Shown one piece after another: positions 34,493-41,714 of a stretch of 41,714 bases of DNA (position 1 is its first letter; every line of letters begins with the position of its first letter). Source of the DNA: Parcubacteria group bacterium (GTDB lineage: Bacteria; Patescibacteriota; JACQLU01); the NCBI GenBank assembly GCA_016203935.1, contig JACQLU010000038.1, positions 1 through 41,714 on the forward strand, read 5' to 3'. Below the pieces are notes generated by a model. It saw only the letters and a program-made list of their open reading frames with translations. It was not told the DNA's origin and searched no databases. A program made the translations under genes and the position numbers.

Positions 34493-35989
34493 ATGGAATC
34501 TCAGCAATTAAATCCTGCAACATCCGGCCCACAACATAGCTTGGGAAGAAAACCATTCTTTAAGACGACGGTGGGACAACTGGCATTCGTAGGCATTGTT
34601 TCGCTTATACTACTCATTGCGCGGAATGATGGGCCGGTGCCCAAATTGGAACACGCGCAGGAGAAACGCACGATGTCGTCTCCTGTGGTTGAGAATGTTG
34701 GACGAATCCTTGAGATAGGGAAAGAGTTGCAAGATGATATTATGCCATCGCCATCGTTGCCGTCCGTCCCTCCTCAACATTTCTCGGCAACTCCATTAGC
34801 GAAAAGCACGCCCACCTCAATCCCAAGTGCACCACTTGTAATACGCCAAGAGAGTTTCTCTCAAGATCTAGTGATTCCTGTCGACGAGCTCGTTACCGAT
34901 AGCACATCACCCTTTCAAGCGATTATCCTTGCCCAAAAGAGTGGTTATCACACCGTGGTGGTGCGGAGGTCTATGGTGGAGGGCTATGAGACTATCTTGT
35001 TCGAGTATAATGAGAGGATAGAGGGAGACTTTTCGGCGGGTAACCTCTGGGATGCGCTCCCTCCCAATATTGCATTAGCGCCGAACAAAAATCAGATTGC
35101 CTACATCGATGAGGATGGCCTCAAACTTTTTTCTCTCGTTACTGTGCAGCACATCCCACTAATCACAATCATACAGCCACAACCAGAGAACTCTGATGGA
35201 TCGCCTTTATGGTCAGTCGAAGCATTACATGGTACCTATTTTTTGGTTCGTCCTCGCTGGTCAGCTGACAGTCGCTATATTAGTTTCTCACAAGCGCATT
35301 ACGAAGGGGCCTCGTACGGCATGTATGATACAGTAAGTGGCACATACGATTGGATCCGAGGAAAGGACGATGAGCATATAGGACACATTTCCCTTACATG
35401 GTCTCCCGTGGGTCTCTCTGTACTCGAACCAAGTTCAGAAGGCTATCGTCATCCCGGACTCTTTGTTTCCACAGACAATGTTTGGGAGGTAAAAAATCTC
35501 GCTAAAAAGTTTGGCAAACGCGACGCACAATTCTCCGCGGCCAACTTTTCACCCGACGGCACGAAGATCGCCTTTACCTATCGAGATGTCTACGAAGATA
35601 AGGAGAATATCCTCGCGTTTGTAGATAGCAGCGGCCGCAATTTTAGTATCGTGGATGACAAAGGTTGGAAGGAAACTCCTTTCTTTGCTCCCGACGGCTC
35701 ACATATATATTACGTGGTCACCAAAGAAGGACGTGCAACGTTGGTCGCGTACGAGATTGAATCGAAATCTTCATCAGAGGTCTTGCGCTTCCCAACTGAA
35801 TACGATGTGTGGGAAGAACCACAATGGATAGGAAGTTACCTCGTCCTCCAAGGGAATGCACACGGCGTGGATACTACTCTTCGTGATGATGTCAAGAGAC
35901 TTATCATATTGGATTTAGAAAATCGCATCATGGTCTACGCGAGTCCTGCATACGATTACTATACGACCTTCGCTGGCTTTATCAATTGA
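34493..35989 (+). CDS. Membrane-anchored TolB/WD40-like beta-propeller protein
   Basis: N-terminal TM, P/S/T-rich linker, repeats PRWSADSRYISF, WSPVG, FSPDGTKIAF, FAPDGSHIYY. Confidence 0.75.
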   Translation: MESQQLNPATSGPQHSLGRKPFFKTTVGQLAFVGIVSLILLIARNDGPVPKLEHAQEKRTMSSPVVENVGRILEIGKELQDDIMPSPSLPSVPPQHFSATPLAKSTPTSIPSAPLVIRQESFSQDLVIPVDELVTDSTSPFQAIILAQKSGYHTVVVRRSMVEGYETILFEYNERIEGDFSAGNLWDALPPNIALAPNKNQIAYIDEDGLKLFSLVTVQHIPLITIIQPQPENSDGSPLWSVEALHGTYFLVRPRWSADSRYISFSQAHYEGASYGMYDTVSGTYDWIRGKDDEHIGHISLTWSPVGLSVLEPSSEGYRHPGLFVSTDNVWEVKNLAKKFGKRDAQFSAANFSPDGTKIAFTYRDVYEDKENILAFVDSSGRNFSIVDDKGWKETPFFAPDGSHIYYVVTKEGRATLVAYEIESKSSSEVLRFPTEYDVWEEPQWIGSYLVLQGNAHGVDTTLRDDVKRLIILDLENRIMVYASPAYDYYTTFAGFIN

Positions 35990-35998
35990 CACCTTGAT

Positions 35999-36544
35999 AT
36001 GGCGCGCATATCTGAAATCGCTCTCTTCGGTGGTGGATGTTTTTGGTGCACCGAGGCGATTTATAATGAACTTAAGGGAGTTACCTCGGTAACTTCTGGT
36101 TACTCGGGTGGCGCCAAGGCAAATCCGTCGTATGAAGAAGTGAGTAGCGGCACCACTGGGCATGCCGAGGTGATTAAAATCGAGTTTGATCCTTCGGTAA
36201 TTTCATACCGAGATTTGCTCTCGGTCTTCTTCTCTTCGCATGATCCCACCACCATGAATCGTCAAGGAAACGATGTGGGTGAGCAGTATCGGTCGGCGAT
36301 CTTTTATACCTCACCAGAACAGAAGCGCGCCGCCGAAGAGTGTATCGCCGAGCTAGGTAAGGACGGCGTCTTTGAAAAACCGATTGTCACGAAGGTGGAG
36401 CCTTTTAACGCATTCTATCCTGCCGAGAAGTATCACGAGCGCTATTACGAACGAAACAGAACCGCGCCCTATTGCCAGCTCGTGATCAATCCAAAACTAA
36501 AGAAACTTAAAGAGCGGCATGCGGCACTTCTCAAAGAGGTATGA
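35999..36544 (+). CDS. msrA: Peptide-methionine (S)-S-oxide reductase
   Basis: GGGCFWCTE, GYSGG, TGHAEV, HDPT..NRQGNDVGEQYRSAIF, AEKYH..YY, YC. Confidence 0.97.
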   Translation: MARISEIALFGGGCFWCTEAIYNELKGVTSVTSGYSGGAKANPSYEEVSSGTTGHAEVIKIEFDPSVISYRDLLSVFFSSHDPTTMNRQGNDVGEQYRSAIFYTSPEQKRAAEECIAELGKDGVFEKPIVTKVEPFNAFYPAEKYHERYYERNRTAPYCQLVINPKLKKLKERHAALLKEV

Positions 36545-38310
36545 AACGGCTTCTCTTCGCCATTTGGCTTTCACTATTTGTGTTCTTCCCGTTGTCAGGA
36601 AAGGCCGATGAGGGCTGGACCATTACCGATTTTGCGAGTGCGCTTAGTATACAACCCGATGGGACTCTCACGGTAGCCGAGACGATCGCGGTTGATTTTG
36701 GATCACTACAAAAGCACGGCATATTTCGCGATATGCCGTTGTTGTATGAATTACCGAGTAGTGGAAAGGTCTACACCGAGGTTACGGTCCTCGACGTGAC
36801 ACGCGGCGGTACCGCGGAACCGTTTGAGGTTACTAAAAGTCGCGCGAACCTTAGGATCCGCATCGGCGATCCCGATACTACCATTTCGGGGATCCAGAGA
36901 TACCGGATTGAATACACGGTGCGTGGGGTACTGCGATCATTTGAAGGATTTGATGAGCTCTATTGGAATGTTACCGGAAATGATTGGCCGGTGATGATTG
37001 AGCGCGCAAGCGCTTTGGTAAGCTTGCCGCGTGAGGGCATGCGCGAGGGAGCGCTCTGTTTTGTCGGGGTGGTGGGATCGCCAGAGGAATGTGGAGTCGT
37101 GCGCACTTCGAGTAGTGCGGCACAATTTGAAAGCACGCGACCACTCGTAGCCGGTGAGGGTCTCTCGGTGGTTACCGATTTCGCATCGGGGCTGGTGCCG
37201 GTGGTAACTCTTACCCCGCCACGCGGAGTAGAGGAGATGGTTCGTTCTCTGGCAACGCTTCTTAGTTTTTTGGTCACCTTGGGTATTGGGATTTTCTCGC
37301 TTATTCGGCGTTGGTGGCGCCATGGCCGCGATCTTCGCTATACCGAGATTTCGGCGCTGCCCGAATCGTCAGCTATAGAACAAGTTGCTCTCGCTAGCCA
37401 TGAAACGATCGTGGCCGAATACGATCCGCCCGGCACACTGCGTCCCGCCGAGATCGGCGTCCTTATAGATGAACGCGCCGATACCCTTGATGTCTCGGCT
37501 ACGATTGTTGATCTCGCTGTGCGCGGGTATCTTACGATCACTGAAATTGAGAAGAAGTGGATCTTTGGCAAGACGGATTATCTGCTTACGCGGACCGATA
37601 AAGAAACGGGTGATCTTCTTTCCTATGAACAGCTCCTTTTAGATTCACTCTTTGCCACGGGACGCGAGGTCAGGCTCTCGGAATTAAAGAACACCTTTTA
37701 TGACGATCTTGCAAAAGTAAAACGAGCGCTTTACGAGGAGATTACCCAAAGGCAACTCTTTACCAAAAATCCTCATGCGGTGAGGAATCAAACGCTGCTT
37801 ATTGGTGTCATCGTCGCGATTGTGGGTGGCGCGCTACTCATTCTTGGTGGGATCAGTGTTATTGATCTTCTCTTTGGTGGAGGGGCGGCGCTCTCGATAG
37901 TTGGTGTTCTTTTCCTTATCTTCGCCTTTGCCATGCCGAGCCGCACTGCGCAGGGGCGGGAACTCTTTCGACGGGCCAAAGGGTATAAACTTTTCGTGAG
38001 CGGCACTGAGAAATATCGACAGCCGTTCTTTGAACGTGAAAATATCTTTATGGAAGTCTTACCCTACGCGATCGTCTTTGGGGTGACGAAGAGACTCGCG
38101 AATGCCATGTCCGAGATGGGTATAAAGCCTCCGGAACCAGCGTGGTATTACGGCGCATATCCATTCTCGGTTGCTGCCTTTAGTGCAAAGGTTGATAGCT
38201 TCTCACATTCGCTTTCGACCGCGATTGCGAGAGCACCCGGAGGGAGCGGCAGTGGTGGCGGGGGGTTCTCCGGCGGCGGCTTTGGCGGCGGCGGGGGAGG
38301 GAGTTGGTAG
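36541..38310 (+). CDS. DUF2207 domain membrane protein
   Basis: Signal peptide, DGTLTVAETI, HGIFRD, DELYWNVTG, TIVDLAVRGYL, LPYAIVFG, C-terminal GGGFSGGGFGGGGGGSW. Confidence 0.92.
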   Translation: MKRLLFAIWLSLFVFFPLSGKADEGWTITDFASALSIQPDGTLTVAETIAVDFGSLQKHGIFRDMPLLYELPSSGKVYTEVTVLDVTRGGTAEPFEVTKSRANLRIRIGDPDTTISGIQRYRIEYTVRGVLRSFEGFDELYWNVTGNDWPVMIERASALVSLPREGMREGALCFVGVVGSPEECGVVRTSSSAAQFESTRPLVAGEGLSVVTDFASGLVPVVTLTPPRGVEEMVRSLATLLSFLVTLGIGIFSLIRRWWRHGRDLRYTEISALPESSAIEQVALASHETIVAEYDPPGTLRPAEIGVLIDERADTLDVSATIVDLAVRGYLTITEIEKKWIFGKTDYLLTRTDKETGDLLSYEQLLLDSLFATGREVRLSELKNTFYDDLAKVKRALYEEITQRQLFTKNPHAVRNQTLLIGVIVAIVGGALLILGGISVIDLLFGGGAALSIVGVLFLIFAFAMPSRTAQGRELFRRAKGYKLFVSGTEKYRQPFFERENIFMEVLPYAIVFGVTKRLANAMSEMGIKPPEPAWYYGAYPFSVAAFSAKVDSFSHSLSTAIARAPGGSGSGGGGFSGGGFGGGGGGSW

Positions 38311-38318
38311 CATCTTCC

Positions 38319-38354
38319 AGAAGCGGCGCGATTACATCAACCCGCTTCTTTTTA
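38319..38354 (+). terminator. Intrinsic terminator
   Basis: AGAAGCGG...CCGCTTCT followed by TTTT. Confidence 0.6.
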
Positions 38355-38377
38355 TACTGCATAAGTTAAGATACATC

Positions 38378-38406
38378 TTGCATTCCCTTCGCCAAATCTC
38401 TAAAAT
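38378..38406 (+). promoter_or_regulatory. Sigma70-type promoter
   Basis: TTGCAT, 17-nt spacer, TAAAAT, followed by AAGGAGG SD. Confidence 0.55.
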
Positions 38407-38426
38407 AACGCCAAGGAGGACGCACC

Positions 38427-38936
38427 ATGGATGCCACTAGTCATACCCGCGAAGGAATCGAAACTTCCCGTATATCCGTAGGGGAGGAGGTAGAGAGTCT
38501 CGCAACCTACATCGATATGTTCCTCGACGTCCATGTTCGTTCCGAAGGGAGAAGGGAGCTAAGGGGAACACCAGTAGTAGTACCGCTCGGTAACCGAGGA
38601 GGGAAACGGCTTACCAAGGAGGAGTTTGCTCTTCTCAAAGAGCGCTATCGAATAGTGTGGACCGTGGAGCAGAGAAAGTCGGAAGCCGGCACCGATGAGC
38701 TCGTCTTTTCTCCGCTTGAGAGAAAGGGACGATTGCGCCCATGGATCCTGCTTGCACGGGGGAGTAGGTGGTTTCGAAAGCGGGCGCAATTATCGAGAAG
38801 GGCGGTGTTCGTCCGCGACGGCGAGAGAGGAGAGGGGACTTCACCGAATCCTGTTCGTTCAGCGCGAGGGCTCTTACGGTTTTGGCCGTGGAACTCGCGA
38901 CGCGAGCGCGGGGTAAGCAAATCCATCAAAAACTAA
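38427..38936 (+). CDS. Hypothetical protein (169 aa), self-contained orphan gene
   Basis: AAGGAGG SD, own promoter and a downstream hairpin; no family recognised. Confidence 0.6.
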   Translation: MDATSHTREGIETSRISVGEEVESLATYIDMFLDVHVRSEGRRELRGTPVVVPLGNRGGKRLTKEEFALLKERYRIVWTVEQRKSEAGTDELVFSPLERKGRLRPWILLARGSRWFRKRAQLSRRAVFVRDGERGEGTSPNPVRSARGLLRFWPWNSRRERGVSKSIKN

Positions 38937-39095
38937 GTAGCCCGCAACCGCGGGCATCTTTCTTCCGGCACATTCGGAATACTTTAGGTAGGTGCTGGAT
39001 TTATTGATTTTAGAGCCATTTTCTGCGATGATGAAAAAAAGAAATCCGCGTCAATCTGCGTATAGATCCGCGCCGATCCGCTTCTATCTCTATCG

Positions 39096-39158
39096 ATGAT
39101 GAACCCAGAAAACGTAGTAAAAGGCCGAATCGCCGAGAATGAAAAATGTCATTCCTAA
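39096..39158 (+). pseudogene. 5' stub of a PD-(D/E)XK nuclease homologue
   Basis: MMNPENVVKGRIAE(NEKCHS*) versus MQLENVVKGRIAE at 39848; ten codons with identical amino acids and 6 nt differences, all synonymous. Confidence 0.88.
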
Positions 39159-39173
39159 ACATAATACTCCCCT

Positions 39174-39824
39174 ATGCATTCTAAATTCTTGAGGATCTCT
39201 CTTGGTATAATGATTGTTTCATTAGGTATCCTTGTGACATTGCTTTGGCAGAATCGGGTTAGAAAAGCGCCGAAAGAGGATAATAGAATTTTGAATGTCG
39301 CACAATTTTTAGCAAATCCTAGATTTGACAGAGAGATTCAGTTAATGGGAGAGGTAGGAGCGATCGGTCAACTCCGCTGTCCATGTTTTGAGTTAACATC
39401 GGGAGGTAGGGATATGACAGTTTGGTATGGCGTCCCGGAAGCACCGGCAACCATAGGAGACATTACCAATGGTGGTTCAGTTATTGTGAGGGGACACTTT
39501 CGCATCTCTCCTGCTCAATCAGGGGGAGACTTCTTGGCGTATGCGATCCGTAAACATGAGAGTGCGAAAGAAGCTGTCGCACGTCTTTTTAGTGAGAAGT
39601 ATGGTACGGCAGCAGATGAAGTAAGAGTATCCATTTGGCAGGAGATTCCAAATTATGTCTTTGGAGACGTGGATATTCCGAATGAGTTATATACGCATAC
39701 ATTTCTCGCATCGTATACTGAAGATGAATGGACGATCGTACATGACATCAATGGGGGAATATCCTGTAAGACTAGGTGGGAGCTTGGGTTTCCAGAGCAG
39801 ATTGCTGCCAATTGTGTAGAATAG
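39174..39824 (+). CDS. Membrane-anchored hypothetical protein (216 aa)
   Basis: N-terminal TM helix, beta-rich region with CPC and a further Cys pair. Confidence 0.7.
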   Translation: MHSKFLRISLGIMIVSLGILVTLLWQNRVRKAPKEDNRILNVAQFLANPRFDREIQLMGEVGAIGQLRCPCFELTSGGRDMTVWYGVPEAPATIGDITNGGSVIVRGHFRISPAQSGGDFLAYAIRKHESAKEAVARLFSEKYGTAADEVRVSIWQEIPNYVFGDVDIPNELYTHTFLASYTEDEWTIVHDINGGISCKTRWELGFPEQIAANCVE

Positions 39825-39847
39825 GATGGAATTTCATTTTTGCCTAT

Positions 39848-40381
39848 ATGCAGCTTGAGAACGTAGTGAAAGGAAGGATTGCCGAGACGCTCGTGAATGA
39901 GCTTCTTCGCCGTGCCAAGTTTCGCGTCTATCGTTTTGGGTACGAGGCGGTACTCCAGAATCTCACACAAATTGAAGAGAACGTGCTAGGAGGATCTGAT
40001 GAGGTGAGTCAACAGATCCGCTCGATCCCGGATTTCCTTATAATCAAAGAAAAGCAGCCATTCTTTGTTGAAGTAAAATTTCTTGCCATTCGCAGGACTA
40101 ACCTTAAGTTTTATACGAAATCAGGAGAGGAACTGGGAGAGCAACTTATAAGAATTAGGGACTTCTGGAAGGCCAAAATAATTATCGTCACCGGCGAACT
40201 CCCTTACTTCAATTTTTTGGAGGATCCTTACTTTAATCCAACGTCGAAGGATCTTTATCTCCAGCCGCTGGAAAAGGAAAGAGATTTAGGAATTACTGAA
40301 GCGATGATAAGAGAATTTAATCGTCTCGTGGAGCAATACTTGAGAGCGACCGTCCTACAAAGTAGTCTTAAAAATCTTTAA
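39848..40381 (+). CDS. PD-(D/E)XK superfamily nuclease
   Basis: KGRIAE helix, IPDFLI and FVEVKF catalytic pattern. Confidence 0.75.
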   Translation: MQLENVVKGRIAETLVNELLRRAKFRVYRFGYEAVLQNLTQIEENVLGGSDEVSQQIRSIPDFLIIKEKQPFFVEVKFLAIRRTNLKFYTKSGEELGEQLIRIRDFWKAKIIIVTGELPYFNFLEDPYFNPTSKDLYLQPLEKERDLGITEAMIREFNRLVEQYLRATVLQSSLKNL

Positions 40382-40385
40382 AGCT

Positions 40386-41714
40386 ATGACTACTATTCAG
40401 CAAACGAGGCAATTTGTAACAATTAAAGAAGCGAGTCACTGGGCTAGCCAATTTTTGGGACGCGACATCAGCGAATCAAACATCTCGTATCTGGTTCAAT
40501 ATGGAAAGGTTAAGAAATATAACGGCGGAAATACCGTTCTGATTGATTTGAATGATCTACGAAAATATTATGGATCATATCGTGGACAACGAGAGTTGAG
40601 TTGGAAAAGAAAACTTGGTAAAGATCTAAATTGGGCATTATCTTTTGATCATTTGCGAGAGAAAGACACAACCAAACATGTCCATCGCTTACATCCCTAC
40701 AAGGGCAAGTTTATTCCACAACTTGTTCAGTATTTCATTGACGATCATACGGATGACTTTAAGCAAGATGTTTATTTTAGAGCTGGGGATATTATTCTTG
40801 ATCCGTTTTCCGGCTCTGGCACAACACTCGTGCAAGCACATGAAATGGGTATGCACGCCATCGGCGTTGATATATCGCATTTCAATTGTATGATTACGGA
40901 AACAAAATTACTTCCCTATGATTTTACTTTGCTTGATGACGAGGTAAAAAGGACAAAGCAAGTCATCGCAAGTTATGAAGCAGATAGCAGAATTACAGCT
41001 TTTGAGAGTGAGCTACTGGCACGGATGACTGATTTCAATAATAAGTATTTTCCAAGTCCAGAATTTAAATATAAAGTCCAAAACACGCAGATAGATGAGA
41101 GTAAATATGCGGCGGGAAAAGAAAAAGAATTTCTAATAGTCTACAGTGATCTTGTTGAAAAATACGGCATTGAGCTCAATCATTTTTCCGCCAAAAACTT
41201 TTTGGATAAGTGGTATATCAAAAATGTCCGCAAAGAGATTGATTTTGCATTTGAGCAGATCAGAAAAATCAAAGACATCAAGGATAAAAAGATTCTGGCG
41301 GTAATTTTAAGCCGAACAATTAGATCGTGCCGCGCAACGACACACTCGGATTTAGCCACACTCAAAGAGCCGCAAATAACAACCTACTATTGCTGGAAGC
41401 ACAAGAAAATCTGCAAGCCTCTTTTCTCGATAAAAGCGTGGTTTGATCGTTACGCGATTGATACAGTGTATCGGCTCAAGACCTTCGCAAAATTAAAGAC
41501 AAATTCGCATTATGCCGTTCTTCCGGCAGACTCTAGAACGGTGGATATTTCCAAAGAAGTAGAAAAGAGAAATAAAAAATTCCACGAGATTCTAAAGAAG
41601 CAAAGAATCAATGGTATTTTTACTTCGCCGCCCTATGTCGGCCAAATTGATTATCATGAGCAACACGCTTATGCATATGATCTTTTTGGATTTGAGCGCA
41701 GAGATGAACTTGAG
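40386..41714 (+). CDS. Site-specific DNA methyltransferase (probably N4-cytosine) with N-terminal HTH-like region; truncated by window end and absent from the ORF track
   Basis: Frame from ATG 40386 reads HRLHPYKGKFIPQLV, ILDPFSGSGTT (motif I) and TSPPY (motif IV). Confidence 0.9.
   Translation, partial: MTTIQQTRQFVTIKEASHWASQFLGRDISESNISYLVQYGKVKKYNGGNTVLIDLNDLRKYYGSYRGQRELSWKRKLGKDLNWALSFDHLREKDTTKHVHRLHPYKGKFIPQLVQYFIDDHTDDFKQDVYFRAGDIILDPFSGSGTTLVQAHEMGMHAIGVDISHFNCMITETKLLPYDFTLLDDEVKRTKQVIASYEADSRITAFESELLARMTDFNNKYFPSPEFKYKVQNTQIDESKYAAGKEKEFLIVYSDLVEKYGIELNHFSAKNFLDKWYIKNVRKEIDFAFEQIRKIKDIKDKKILAVILSRTIRSCRATTHSDLATLKEPQITTYYCWKHKKICKPLFSIKAWFDRYAIDTVYRLKTFAKLKTNSHYAVLPADSRTVDISKEVEKRNKKFHEILKKQRINGIFTSPPYVGQIDYHEQHAYAYDLFGFERRDELE

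Noticed and set aside
1-41714. CRISPR array, integrase or transposase gene
   Set aside because: No regularly spaced repeat-spacer series was seen, and no ORF has recognisable Cas, recombinase or transposase motifs.

Overview
This is a bacterial chromosomal window, most likely from a reduced-genome Patescibacteria/CPR-type organism. That assignment is an inference from gene content and from housekeeping genes that lack Shine-Dalgarno (SD) sites; the standard genetic code is used. The left part holds core genes (purD-like ATP-grasp, half-size MFS, miaA, thrS, dnaE, rodA, an ABC-2 exporter, alr) interspersed with small self-contained orphan genes. The middle holds a MazG-like gene, a degenerate M19 dipeptidase, three large membrane-anchored surface proteins sharing an N-terminal anchor motif, and a pgsB plus double-length pgsC pair for poly-gamma-glutamate. 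The right part is a variable region after tRNA-Pro(GGG): DUF5680, a hydrolase, a beta-propeller, msrA, DUF2207, a PD-(D/E)XK nuclease and a DNA methyltransferase cut by the window end. The most striking unannotated signal is six orphan gene-end stubs near intact homologues: 5' stubs of msrA and the nuclease that differ only synonymously, two 3' stubs of the dipeptidase with their structured tail, and two tRNA-Pro 3' halves invaded by palindromes. No integrase, transposase or CRISPR array is visible.
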